Part shown: positions 29,901-37,304 of the stretch, piece after piece
Layout: each line of letters starts with the position of its first letter
Position numbering within the stretch: the stretch's first letter is position 1
Source: an uncultured virus (IMG/VR IMGVR_UViG_3300032324_000268)
Lineage: Duplodnaviria; Heunggongvirae; Uroviricota; Caudoviricetes
Length of the DNA stretch: 64,000 nucleotides
Reading direction: 5' to 3' (one strand)
Virus record (IMG/VR): IMGVR_UViG_3300032324_000268
Translations under genes and position numbers: made by a program
Notes under the pieces: generated by a model
Databases searched by the model: none
Seen by the model: only the letters and a program-made list of their open reading frames with translations
Told to the model about the DNA's origin: nothing

Positions 29901-31765
29901 TCGGGAAACATTTGATTGCTGGAACTATTGACCCCGCCAGAAGCAAGGCAATCTTCAAGCAGATGACCAGAGCAATGTCTCTGTCGTTACAAGATTTAGG
30001 ATACTTGCTTACGACTGGTAGGGTCGGAACTCGCAAGTCAGACAACCCATTCTTCTCGCAAGCAAGCACAGATTACTTCGAAGTTATCGCAAAGAATACC
30101 CCGTATCGAGCCGCAAGGATTTCCTCTACGGCAGCCGCTATGGTGCGTAGAGTTATGTCTGGGGTTGATATGATGTTCTACAACTTCAACAAGGAAGTCT
30201 ATTTGTTTGATTCTGCTTACAATGACGCAAAGAAATCTGGGCTTACTGGGTCGGAGGCTATTGCTAAAGCACTTGACTTGACTTTCAGAAGCTCTGAAGC
30301 ATTGCAGTCTGCTCAAGCTTTGGCCGAAAAGGAAGGTTACGTAATTGAAGCGGAAGGCTTGGTGGAAAGGGCAAAGCAGAAGATAGAGCAATCGATTCGT
30401 ATCCAAGAGATCATCGACGCAAACGTTACGGGGTCTGAGGAGAGTTCAAGGGTGGCTATTGGGGCGCAAGTATATGGAGAAGAGCTTACGTATAACGAGG
30501 AGCCCAAGGGCTTCTTGGGTGCTCTGCATAGATCTATTTCTTCCCTAACGGTTAAGTATGGTTTGGTATCCGTGCCGATCCCTTTCACAAAGATCGTAGC
30601 AAACGTATGGAACCAAGGTCTCGACGCCACTGGTCTCGGGATCTTTAGGTCTGGGAAGTTAGCCCACGGAAAATTGGCTAAAGCGTTCCCCTTCCTTAAA
30701 GTGCTAGAGAGACTCGAGATGAAGGGTCTTAAGGGGTCAGCTGATGAGGTTCAAGCTCAGAAGGATATGATGTTCGTAAGAGGATTTAATGCTCTTGCCG
30801 CAGTAGGTATTATTACCTTGTTGGACAGAGTTCTTTGCGGTCAGTATGAAACTTATGGGTTTGAGCTTTGCGTAAACGGTCCTGGCCCTAAAGAACCAGC
30901 ACAAAAAGAACTGCTTAAGAATCGTTTGGGTTGGAAACCGAATTCGCTTTTCATCCGCACACCAGGTATAGATGGCATCTATCTTAGCTATATGTTGTCA
31001 CCCCTAGCCATTCCGTTGGCTGGTGTCGGACTATTAAAAGATAACGAGATTTATAACTACTACGCCAAGAAGTCACCAAAGGACGCTTCCCTAGCCTTGG
31101 CTCATAGACTTTTGACTGTACCGATGGAGATGAACTTTTTGTCTGGTCTTGGGGACTTGTTTGAAATCTTGAGCCCCAACAACCCAGAGACCGCTCTTGC
31201 TAAAGCCAAGTCATTCCTTTCAAGAATGGGTTCAGCAATGGTTGTCCCGAACTTCTTTAGGGATGTCGACCAGCTTATTGTGTCTAGCCTACCGGGGGTG
31301 CTTAACCCAAGGACGGCTAGAGAAGACATTATACAAGCAGCATTTATTTCCAATACTCCAATCATTCGGCAAATGTACGGAAGTGCTGAGCTTGATATCT
31401 TAGGTCAACCGATTGAGATGACTTCACGAGTTGCGAGCATTGCCGGGAAAGATGCTTTGGTGGATGTGCTTATCCAAAAGAATGCTCTCCCGACTGCTCC
31501 CAAAAAAGACAAATTGCTTGGTCTTGTCCCAATGGACGATACTCAATACGCACAGTATCGTGAATACAGAGCAAAACAACTTGGGGAAGATCTTAACACG
31601 CCAGAAATGATTGAAACCCTATCTAGAATGGAACCTGGAATAGCTCAGATGTATGTTCAGAAATATACCCAGAAAGCTAGCCAATTGGCCAAAGCAAAGA
31701 TTCTGAGGGGAAGCCCAGAGATACTAAAAGAGGCAAGAGAAACAAAAGCTAAACAGATTAAATAG
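20990..31765 (+). CDS. giant polyvalent internal virion protein (sigma-like, zincin-like, HeH, HipA/PI3K-like kinase, ART-PolyVal-like, C-terminal ejection domain)
   Basis: 3591 aa; kinase DAFLFNYD..DN..RIDNGG; ART FKMWFGDW..SKILDEAGEPMMMYHGT; QEIIH; sigma region 2/4 patterns. Confidence 0.8.
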   Translation: MAQTIPTPGSDAVIASQPPVKGEFDWLNDTLGLTPQPKKLVGLEDIEGLGDPLTEAEKALENPFLKLPKANPKDFIDTVRKDWEIGQEGVNIDMATDDFATQVLTSGQPGDYSQLQNKRKALAKSQYFNQADNLVSRAVHGTVQMLPPMAQGQLSGIEKGVERGMQMGLIGSSGFVAGPEVGAPMVTAFTGVGVAGGNLEGSFNYWTKQGRGASFAELVDAGVNQVTAANIAQFVGPAYAAIEYAQVGKLLDIAGGKELKRGLLRGAMQQLAKVVPAGAKVAAEKVAQVSARPLVRGAVDVAGDILVQAGEEAAQGAVSQAGTEYGRSQQQLIAQGARDGAMEVLANLDLPEASKQVLSRGFDEFASSIGPMAVLTGGAKGTNFLRKASWDGFVSLANGDIQKAADQRDAVAKAGAPQTAQALAETLETEPSSVKPTAATVTPTAPVVAPIDEPALDAELEAAGQAPVEAEQPEAPKPTVGLPGDELGARIFSNIRARKPIAKVDLDQVGGFSLSSDWKLNEETGNFEYQGPVYERKEAPKVPVAKAEAAPIAQPEVKAPEAQAVAPIEAPKPQPAQKGAEAVAPTLTPEVDQPTQTANGWLGEVDRAKTQKEKSSLVRMFKGKVNSLSANDQKAAAIFNEKLLQRQQGTAPKVEAPKVEAPKVEATALPRWEEVQKNKDQIKFLKSVFKKANAKLTKEQQVTPKVGWKRKDFYSALERMYGQLTQLEFKQPEQVAPPAPKVGESPKPTAINEAEQRRKLKLANLLKVFGNKDLDGDQTLFRDIAMAQARKVASQIATQFQNLTDPDGEIYNGLISAIATRLKKSFDNKTPVFFNEAGEPIAINDESVKKWLMKAADRAGRDTARRQSAQREINIEFGGKPAEGVVTQPEAAKEEAKPEGMQVKEVAPEVKEEPRGIRAIREAAQAIREQSSPEAKLVLDWVVSQLVGEDSALGKIKTYKELATYLSKVAKRTISDKRVGLTVNDVVKKLADNLSEIGIKVNVEALEMALSPEGQKAKERLAAEEAKAKASRDERVAKANLSDRARNLRSGYAVKERLVDAVASATPENRARIQNEVISLAEENLLADDDINNRLDNIEKGLPNEKPAIGQPIPRRQRRGVKQAKEGEVLGGTGEGVEGARGITSPVATTEGQPQPGARGAEPVGARPSGAGQQVGGKQQTATGNVSVDVRLSENNRSPAVKTLVQTATSNGVPVTLQDSPESGSAVSVDTNQVEGQEVPTIRVNQNKLKEVRRTLGPKAFAEWSWRAINQEIIHFRHLKLLDRLAKEEGTDYKSYLEKEAKRIVQIIKRQRGLRKRIEAIYNNGEKMDDFNLAFEFTRMLVEEKMMGGITESSYMDIAKVLNSVDAEGRGFIFRFMELVRDLMYGLTGRTAAETKFLRATADAIISEQRKVMRDLYNPTEKLPVQVNFYTPKEKVIVGSAADRKASEEEIKQDSGLNRASMPFLREYARELGIKEPMGQRKMEVRDEKTGKIREQKVSFPVWKKPDYVRAIKEKLKELGKKSKEPTELGAALPTDRPYWLKDDGEVLDVEENALVDMNSIGSHSEAAVQFLQENDPENPFLLEWSLLDPLQKKDRQQLPVQEMFNKGWLRVIGDGFNLFFEGTPNKPQLDKLFEAAIEDEVKLIHDKTGLSGRPKSKLLYEPPLEDELNAAMPRRGFSSSEPRFSKSWKALPDSVIGLTEVYKMKRGTNDVRLYRDEMGDTFVIKRGQSREQFENELAADNVYRILNYPVPPSRLITDENGETAKIANYVEGPILADFQENMAEADPDAVNAVFEELGDGLLIDAFLFNYDVLGEGLDNIVVAHEEVTEEDGLAFPEPLIKYTAYRIDNGGTLDTRAMGLKRDEPFFYDSFSRLAEKYPQFNLTATDLVAQLSDIVLNSDAILNAIPARLRPMMAQRIQWMADQLSAVDTIPSAIGYSDEDVTAHFAKLAKEMDSIKVVRNAQGELINEKTGEPSRIYLIDINGKTTGFIPKSEFRYKLERTKAFKMWFGDWENAPEALGTSKILDEAGEPMMMYHGTNWTTKESMYMFKDDIDKETQGLNLYRRRFSQGNLFRGTWTSSSQKFSEDWANETSAGEYAQQVVIPVYVKSTNPFDPRNPEHASRLVNYLENRYSVDAGINAFIPTRDMRVAMEFGFYDWSYFENTAPEFPAMGSAFEQKDEEARRKEFFAKHPYPILEAIINLGFDGMWVKEKGLGFPGSIESRPKNLVQELEIIRRSDDKSVEKQTIENLKQDITEYNNNSTWNHLSFRSDGIKSSANTGKFKADKRKTFKPAQEAQRFVNYVTRNRKTLWNEFQKGGKTYASYDSRENLVSYAYSDPRTLARANIERTEMKNGVVFFSARSVEGVRSPDRKPTDILGAAMPRQFGVRIKDKMQADAYDKLKNLTYEPIPDSMVQEEAEAYLEKHGIRGAMDATISKSSPLEHGSRELLAQMIILKLNEQYKKTKDARVLEELIDYTDTFLAITSEAGRALRQLSFWSKLSPEGMLMLYKKKLDESNRETRDRFNEFFAKVKRELSTLPAGALDQALKSMEGLLGKADKAAEESRKKLATSNTMTFWENFSKQIGDSLVQKSQEQLNIAEEELARTAGGEATPEGELARNKVNNAKTINQAAQEMSRNIKQMFLALAKEQGKNIRDPRVLTDEEFANKTDEEVAKIQQAERDSKQAQKFTDMLARWPKALQAWQTATDAIRAQTSVNPELATMFQSFLDLTLETPFTMPQLKRFLSLRGVKLEDLIREHYQEGKLANNAYSLAKEMVEEAGLGAWEEETGSEVTTPLEPVAEGEEPKPLTTKLPSLSERLTQALALQIEKYAETESAKKLNRLIDSYADKRLEPSLKRFMKRMVQYQALGLFNNAYAWNEFQKQEGLDKVKPEVVNQILDIMGKAEKLVGFRKEEAYADALSLISYHTNTGFWNFTKSWWYLSILSGFTTQVANIAGNAYNTMLLTVPTIGKHLIAGTIDPARSKAIFKQMTRAMSLSLQDLGYLLTTGRVGTRKSDNPFFSQASTDYFEVIAKNTPYRAARISSTAAAMVRRVMSGVDMMFYNFNKEVYLFDSAYNDAKKSGLTGSEAIAKALDLTFRSSEALQSAQALAEKEGYVIEAEGLVERAKQKIEQSIRIQEIIDANVTGSEESSRVAIGAQVYGEELTYNEEPKGFLGALHRSISSLTVKYGLVSVPIPFTKIVANVWNQGLDATGLGIFRSGKLAHGKLAKAFPFLKVLERLEMKGLKGSADEVQAQKDMMFVRGFNALAAVGIITLLDRVLCGQYETYGFELCVNGPGPKEPAQKELLKNRLGWKPNSLFIRTPGIDGIYLSYMLSPLAIPLAGVGLLKDNEIYNYYAKKSPKDASLALAHRLLTVPMEMNFLSGLGDLFEILSPNNPETALAKAKSFLSRMGSAMVVPNFFRDVDQLIVSSLPGVLNPRTAREDIIQAAFISNTPIIRQMYGSAELDILGQPIEMTSRVASIAGKDALVDVLIQKNALPTAPKKDKLLGLVPMDDTQYAQYREYRAKQLGEDLNTPEMIETLSRMEPGIAQMYVQKYTQKASQLAKAKILRGSPEILKEARETKAKQIK

Positions 31766-31950
31766 CTGTCGGACTACAAACCTTAAGAAGTACATAGAGT
31801 ACCCAATCAAGACGAAACTAAACAAAATGGTTATTGAAGCAAAGGCCGCCTCAAAGCAATGCAACGAGAATGACTTGGGGTCATACGAAGGTTTATCTTC
31901 TACCAACTTAGATTGACTTTTCTTTTTCATAATTTAATCTCCTTATAGTT

Positions 31951-32217
31951 ATGCCACTTTCACGAGTCAACAAGGATAAAATGCCTTGCAATAAACCACG
32001 CCGAAGCACACGCCCCGGCAAAAAGATGATGGTCAAAGCTTGTGAAGGTGGCAAAGAAAAACTGATTCATTTCGGGGATAGCTCTATGCAAGACTATCGC
32101 CAACACAAAAGCAAGGCCAGACGCCGAAGCTACTGCGCTAGGTCTGGCGGTATCAAAGGCAAGAACAGCAAGCTGTCCGCAAACTACTGGGCACGCAATA
32201 AACTTTGGAGTTGCTGA
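31951..32217 (+). CDS. small basic protein (DUF6321-like)
   Basis: IHFGD...RRRSYCARS...SANYWA motif. Confidence 0.65.
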   Translation: MPLSRVNKDKMPCNKPRRSTRPGKKMMVKACEGGKEKLIHFGDSSMQDYRQHKSKARRRSYCARSGGIKGKNSKLSANYWARNKLWSC

Positions 32218-32218
32218 T

Positions 32219-32698
32219 ATGGGTTTAGGTACTGCTAATCCTGGGAGTTCGAAACTAGAGGGTATCTTTGGGAAGGGTGCTCTCAAGGGCAAGGCTGGGC
32301 TTGTTGTGGAGTCTGCGGTCAAGGCTGGCATCGATCCTAACTTATTTGCGGCGGTGATTGCCCACGAGACTGGTTCTGGAACGAGCAACGCTATCATCAA
32401 TTACAACAATCCAGCGGGTATTATGGACCCAAAATCCAAGTGGACGAAGCTCAAGAAGTTTGGGAGTCTGGCCGAGGGACTGAGCTATTCAGCCAACAAC
32501 TTGAAAAGGCGGGTCGATCAAGCTGGTGGTGACTTTGCAAAGCTGGCTCAGATCTACGCACCAGTGGGTGCAGAGAACGATCCTAAAGGTCTCAACGCTA
32601 ATTGGACAACTGGGGTTAGCAAATTCTACAACTTGCTTGCAAGCGGCGAAACAGACCAGGGTGCACCCGCAGAAGAACAAACCCCAGAAGCACGATAA
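32219..32698 (+). CDS. glucosaminidase/lysozyme-like peptidoglycan hydrolase
   Basis: IAHETG catalytic Glu, NNPAGI, IYAP..AENDP. Confidence 0.75.
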   Translation: MGLGTANPGSSKLEGIFGKGALKGKAGLVVESAVKAGIDPNLFAAVIAHETGSGTSNAIINYNNPAGIMDPKSKWTKLKKFGSLAEGLSYSANNLKRRVDQAGGDFAKLAQIYAPVGAENDPKGLNANWTTGVSKFYNLLASGETDQGAPAEEQTPEAR

Positions 32699-32749
32699 GA
32701 AGTTTGATTAAGAACACTGGTAAGATTACCAGTAAGATCGGTATGTGCT

Positions 32750-32974
32750 TTAATCGTACCATTCTAATGAGAGATCCATATCATTCTCATCGTTTGGGGT
32801 GGCGATAATTTGGAACCCTTTATGCTTGTGGCACTCATCGGATAGTTCGGCCAAAGCTTTTTTAGATACGTTTAGAATCCCATTGTTATCGATGATTGCC
32901 GAAGCTAAGAAGATACGCAGTAGCTTGTTAGCAACTGAGCCACCCCCATCAATTGAGTAAGTTTCGTGATCCAC
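32750..32974 (-). CDS. hypothetical protein
   Basis: GTG start 6 nt after predicted -10. Confidence 0.55.
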   Translation of the reverse strand: MDHETYSIDGGGSVANKLLRIFLASAIIDNNGILNVSKKALAELSDECHKHKGFQIIATPNDENDMDLSLEWYD

Positions 32975-32978
32975 ATAA

Positions 32979-33013
32979 CCAGCTTGAAAGTATAAGCAAT
33001 TGTGTCAAGCTGG
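32979..33013. promoter_or_regulatory. symmetric bidirectional promoter
   Basis: CCAGCTTGA...TCAAGCTGG inverted repeat gives TTGA(A/C)A-N16-CAAGCT-N6-GTG on both strands. Confidence 0.6.
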
Positions 33014-33017
33014 GTAA

Positions 33018-33356
33018 GTGAAACTAAAAGATAAACTAAAAAAACCACCGATTGGATTTGTGTATCAAGATCCAGATACAAAGCTGGCTATTACGGGTAG
33101 CACGTTTGATGAGTTGGTTAGGAATGTTAATAGACATAGATATTTAAATGGTGTTGGTTTTTACCACGATCAAGAACAGATGATTCAAGATCAGCTATGC
33201 GATAAGCTTGGTGCTGAGTACTGCGAAGGTTATGGGCTAGGCGACGCAGTACATGCAATCGCCCAACCCATAGCCAAAGCAATCGATCGGGTTATCAAAA
33301 CCAACATTAAAGGATGTTCATCATGCGCCCAAAGAAGAGCGAGACTGAATTCCTAA
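33018..33356 (+). CDS. Cys-containing hypothetical protein
   Basis: GLGDAV...CSSCAQRR..LN motif. Confidence 0.65.
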   Translation: MKLKDKLKKPPIGFVYQDPDTKLAITGSTFDELVRNVNRHRYLNGVGFYHDQEQMIQDQLCDKLGAEYCEGYGLGDAVHAIAQPIAKAIDRVIKTNIKGCSSCAQRRARLNS

Positions 33357-33472
33357 TACCACCCAATAGTCCTCTATGGGATGAGTTATCGGAAACGTCC
33401 GATCTTCGAAGGTTGCCCGATGCGATCTGTGATGTTCTATTGATGGCGAGAGCCGCCACTATGGATCTAATA

Positions 33473-33805
33473 TCACTCAAAGATCTCGAACGACATTTGG
33501 ACAGGTTCGAAGACTGGCTGGACAAAATTAACTCTTAGCCCAGCTCCGTAAGTATTCGATACCCCGTAATAAGATTCGGGTGAACCTATTGGGCCGTAAT
33601 CATTTGTGAATGAATAGTACGACTCGGGTGCTCCCCAGGGTCCATAGTCATTGGAGGTTGATAGGTATAGATCTGGATTAGCGGAGATGATTGGTTCACC
33701 AACTCCGACAATCAAGGTCGGCCTAACTTCTGTCAGCAATTGGCTAAAGGCCAACGATGGCAACAGCAAGGCAAGTGCTACAATATGTCTGTATCTTCTT
33801 TCCAT
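33473..33805 (-). CDS. exported protein with NDYGP repeats
   Basis: Signal peptide (…SLAFS); tandem NDYGPxGxPESYY. Confidence 0.6.
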   Translation of the reverse strand: MERRYRHIVALALLLPSLAFSQLLTEVRPTLIVGVGEPIISANPDLYLSTSNDYGPWGAPESYYSFTNDYGPIGSPESYYGVSNTYGAGLRVNFVQPVFEPVQMSFEIFE

Positions 33806-34017
33806 AAGTCTCCTTGTTCTACGGCTGGCATTGAGTTCTTGACTGGGTAGTCTTTATCGACCTCAGTGCCAAGCCATTCCATACATACTCCGCAAGATTC
33901 AACGGCACAACTTTCGTGCCCTTGCTCACAAGTATGTGTGGCTGGTTCATCAGCAGCCCAACTCCAATAGCCATATCGGAGAAGCTTGTCTGATAGATCT
34001 GGTTTATACTGGCTCAT
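33778..34017 (-). CDS. hypothetical Cys-rich protein
   Basis: 79 aa ORF coupled to neighbours. Confidence 0.5.
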   Translation of the reverse strand: MSQYKPDLSDKLLRYGYWSWAADEPATHTCEQGHESCAVESCGVCMEWLGTEVDKDYPVKNSMPAVEQGDLWKEDTDIL

Positions 34018-34387
34018 TAAATAACTCTGGCCGGTACGTCATAAACAAGTTGAGCCACAGCTGTCCGTAGGCGTCGGCCTTGTCTTGCTGGTGATCGCTT
34101 TCAGAAATCTCATCCTTGAAATTTGGATAGGTGATCGAACTTGCAAGCGTTGCAAGTGTTGTACTAAGCTCTTCCTTGGTCTCAAGGTAGATGCGGTACG
34201 GATAGTCTGATTTCGCATATTCATGTATTTGGATATTCCTTTTTAACTTTGGTTGAATGGTTGCGATAAGACGAAAAAGATCATCGTATGTTCTTGTTCG
34301 AACAACAAACAACTTATCACCATTAGGGTGAAGATGATGTTCCTTCTCGACAATTGAATAGAATCCAATCTTTGTAGCTAGCCACAT
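34004..34387 (-). CDS. conserved phage hypothetical protein
   Basis: MWLxTKxGFYSIV...DYPYR...YPNFK. Confidence 0.65.
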   Translation of the reverse strand: MWLATKIGFYSIVEKEHHLHPNGDKLFVVRTRTYDDLFRLIATIQPKLKRNIQIHEYAKSDYPYRIYLETKEELSTTLATLASSITYPNFKDEISESDHQQDKADAYGQLWLNLFMTYRPELFNEPV

Positions 34388-34388
34388 A

Positions 34389-35969
34389 TTATTTATTACC
34401 TTTCACATATTGATCGATACGATTCCCGATCCACTGCATACAAGGAACAGCCATTGAATTGCCAAGGGCTTTGTAGCGTTTACCATCGGGACAATCCTTA
34501 GCGGGTTTTTTCCGCCAAGGAATACGAGTGTGGTCAACTGGGAAGCCTTGAAGCTTCTCGCATTCGGAAGGCATAATTCGCCTAACTGCTGCACGAACAC
34601 GGGTGTCCAGTACACCGCCAGTATGATTGATGTCCGAAGCCGCCGATGATATAGACTGACTTACATCACTGACCGATTGGTTGTAAGCATCAAAGGCTTG
34701 GACAAGCGGGAGATTCCCACCTCCAGTACCATAGCGTGAAACACAACTGGGTGCAATTTCAAGTGGTCCAGTGACACGAGAATCATTGGGGTGATTCTCA
34801 TAGAGCACTGCATGCTTGTCCCCTTTGGTTAGGGTGGGGCAAGGGTCTTCTGGTTTACCTATGCCTAGACCATTACCCTTACCATCCGACTTGTCTCCGT
34901 GTTTACCAGAGTGTCGGGTGGCTTGGTCATGTATAGGTACGACATAGGGTTGCTCGCTTTGCTTTGTAAGCGTTGGTGCAATCTCATGGTTGATTGACGC
35001 ATTAGCTTGTCCGTCACTAGCACAGATAGTTCCTTGGTCTTGAGCCACAAGCAACCGACCAGTGGTCAAGTCTTGGTTACCCATACCCTTGTAATCTCTG
35101 GCAAGCAAAGTATCGCAAGGTAACGTTGGGTCGTTCCAATAGCTGGCAACTATATGCTCCCCTCTACTGCTTGGAGTTCCCCCCTTGCCACCGCTTCTAA
35201 GACAAGCCGCAACTTCTGATGTTGGGATTAAATGCCCAGCCTTTACGCTTTGGTGGCTAAGCTTTCCCGCCCCGCATTCAGTGTCGAGGGCTCCGACACA
35301 ACTTGTGTCAAAGCCTCCTTCAGCCTCGGTGGAAGTTGTTTCCCCCGCTTTTCTGCTCGGCGCAATATCCCTTCGCAACCCTTCAAACTCAAATAGAAGC
35401 GCTGCGGGATCTCCTTGGTCTGGAGTACATGCGACAACAAACACACGCTTGCGTCGTTGGGCCAAGCCGAAATATTGGGCATCGAAGCACCGCCAAGCGA
35501 CTGACCTTTTGGGTCCATACACACAACCAGAGTTCGACCATTTTTTCCCTGACGGCTTGAGCTCACACTCTTCTCCCGACAAGCTTCCCAAAAAGCAACC
35601 GAAGGCGTTGTCTTTAGAGGTGAAGACTCCTGGCACGTTTTCCCAGATAACCCATTTGGGGTTGAAGTGGTCTGCCATTTTGACGTATGTGAGGGTGAGT
35701 CCGCCTCTTGGGTCGTCGAGTCCTTTGCGGACTCCAGCGACGCTAAATGCTTGACACGGTGTTCCTCCGACCAGAACGTCAACTGGTTCTGCGAATTTCC
35801 ATGATTCATATTTTGTCATATCTCCTAGGTTGGGAACCTCTGGCCAGTGGTGCTTCAGCACCGCTGACGGGAATGGTTCGATTTCTGAAAACGCAAGAGG
35901 CTTCCATCCTAGCTTCTCCCAAGCTACGGATGCCGCCTCGATGCCCGAACAAACTGACAGATACTTCAT
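34389..35969 (-). CDS. C5 cytosine DNA methyltransferase
   Basis: Motifs I (SVCSGI), IV (GTPCQ), VI (WENV), VIII (QRRKR), X (KALGNS). Confidence 0.93.
   Translation of the reverse strand: MKYLSVCSGIEAASVAWEKLGWKPLAFSEIEPFPSAVLKHHWPEVPNLGDMTKYESWKFAEPVDVLVGGTPCQAFSVAGVRKGLDDPRGGLTLTYVKMADHFNPKWVIWENVPGVFTSKDNAFGCFLGSLSGEECELKPSGKKWSNSGCVYGPKRSVAWRCFDAQYFGLAQRRKRVFVVACTPDQGDPAALLFEFEGLRRDIAPSRKAGETTSTEAEGGFDTSCVGALDTECGAGKLSHQSVKAGHLIPTSEVAACLRSGGKGGTPSSRGEHIVASYWNDPTLPCDTLLARDYKGMGNQDLTTGRLLVAQDQGTICASDGQANASINHEIAPTLTKQSEQPYVVPIHDQATRHSGKHGDKSDGKGNGLGIGKPEDPCPTLTKGDKHAVLYENHPNDSRVTGPLEIAPSCVSRYGTGGGNLPLVQAFDAYNQSVSDVSQSISSAASDINHTGGVLDTRVRAAVRRIMPSECEKLQGFPVDHTRIPWRKKPAKDCPDGKRYKALGNSMAVPCMQWIGNRIDQYVKGNK
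35243..35809 (-). CDS. out-of-frame nested methyltransferase beta-like polypeptide
   Basis: 188 aa same-strand alternative frame with LSHVLQ..IPQRFYLS.KGCEGILRRAEKRGK.LP motif. Confidence 0.65.
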   Translation of the reverse strand: MNHGNSQNQLTFWSEEHRVKHLASLESAKDSTTQEADSPSHTSKWQTTSTPNGLSGKTCQESSPLKTTPSVAFWEACREKSVSSSRQGKNGRTLVVCMDPKGQSLGGASMPNISAWPNDASVCLLSHVLQTKEIPQRFYLSLKGCEGILRRAEKRGKQLPPRLKEALTQVVSEPSTLNAGRESLATKA

Positions 35970-36691
35970 ACATTAAGTTTCCCTTTCTTTGAGTAACCAG
36001 TCCAGCCTTTCTTCCGCAAGATTTGCAAAGCCTTCGAGGCTTCGCTACCAGCTGGCTGTGTTCCGTGAATTAACAATGCAAATGAATCGCCAGACTTATA
36101 AGCGTGGCTATCGTCGTGGTCAATCTCCAATCCTTTCCGCTCTGCTTCCTCGATACTGAAGACAACTTCAGCAGACTTAAGTTTGTAAGTGCCAATCAAC
36201 CAATCGTGGATACCGCCACGACTAGCGTTCAGTACAAAGTTAGAGGGGATAGAATCTAAACGATCCACCCAAATATGTAGACTCTTGGTGTAGGCATAGA
36301 AGGTACGCAAGGGATTCTTGCGTGCAACTTGCATCCAAGCGTCAAAGTATTGTGGGCTGAAGAAGTCTCCAGAGACGTGGACACGGATAAGGTTGGCCTT
36401 CTTGGGAAGGCTCGCCTCAATCAACTCTGCCATCTCTTCGGTAGATTTACCTTTCAACAAGTCAAAGTTGTGCCATCGCTGTTCACGAGTGTTCTTGTAT
36501 TGAACTTCGTCAGATGCCGCAAAGCATCGGAACTTAGTTTCTAACCCATCTTTGATTCCACTTCCGTGGCGACCAGCACGGGACAAGCATTCCTTTGCAC
36601 CAGGACAAGAGTATCCAGCTGGTAAGCTGAATGTATAAATGTAATTGGCAAGCTTGGCATTACCTTTGTTGAACTTGAGTAGTTGACTCAT
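35966..36691 (-). CDS. GP88-family protein
   Basis: FSLPAG.SCPGA..C, C, RVHVSGDF, FYAYTK. Confidence 0.75.
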   Translation of the reverse strand: MSQLLKFNKGNAKLANYIYTFSLPAGYSCPGAKECLSRAGRHGSGIKDGLETKFRCFAASDEVQYKNTREQRWHNFDLLKGKSTEEMAELIEASLPKKANLIRVHVSGDFFSPQYFDAWMQVARKNPLRTFYAYTKSLHIWVDRLDSIPSNFVLNASRGGIHDWLIGTYKLKSAEVVFSIEEAERKGLEIDHDDSHAYKSGDSFALLIHGTQPAGSEASKALQILRKKGWTGYSKKGKLNV

Positions 36692-36864
36692 TTGATTGTC
36701 TTGCCTTTGCTAGGTAGTTGTAAGATGTGACTGAGTAACCAGCTGGTCAGCATATTCTCAGCACGATTGACGAACTGGTCGCTAACACGTGTGAACTTGT
36801 GATGCCGTTTGCCAGCAATCTCAAGTGCGGTTCGTTTGAACTTAGCTTTGTTTAGTATGCTCAT
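36688..36864 (-). CDS. 58-aa histone-fold-like protein
   Basis: MSILNKAKFKRTAL...TRVSDQF...PSKGKTIK; ATGA overlaps at both ends; below ORF-track cut-off. Confidence 0.6.
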   Translation of the reverse strand: MSILNKAKFKRTALEIAGKRHHKFTRVSDQFVNRAENMLTSWLLSHILQLPSKGKTIK

Positions 36865-37304
36865 AGTTTAATCCTTTTAGTTAGATGCCTTGGGTGTGGT
36901 TCAGCTTTGAATCCCCTACCCTTGGCGTGTTTAAGTGTAGCTTTCGAGACGCCCCATTGAGAGGCAATCTCACCGAGAGGCACACCATTTTCGTATGCCT
37001 CTTTCCAGCGATCCCACCGATTCTTCACGCTGTTGAAGTCTCGGTAATACCCAACGCCACCATCTTTACGGATCTTTAGATACTCCTTAGTTGCCATCTT
37101 CCGCATATCATCAAGTGTGCGTTTGGCTGATATCTCTTTGCTTAGCTTGTCCACTAGCTTGATATGTTCGCTGACATCCTTGGCCATCTTGAAAACAAAG
37201 TTCTCAAGGTATTGCAATGATCGGTGAAGGTTGTCGATGCGATCATCCAAGCGTGGGACTTCTGATGCTTCGATTAACTCTTTGACTTTACTCGTAACAT
37301 TCAC
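36861..37304 (-). CDS. coiled-coil protein with C-terminal HTH
   Basis: GVPLGEIASQWGVSKATL. Confidence 0.6.
   Translation of the reverse strand: MNVTSKVKELIEASEVPRLDDRIDNLHRSLQYLENFVFKMAKDVSEHIKLVDKLSKEISAKRTLDDMRKMATKEYLKIRKDGGVGYYRDFNSVKNRWDRWKEAYENGVPLGEIASQWGVSKATLKHAKGRGFKAEPHPRHLTKRIKL

Noticed and set aside
31724..31930. 68-aa minus-strand hydrophobic ORF
   Set aside because: Possibly a real small membrane protein filling the gap, but too little evidence to call
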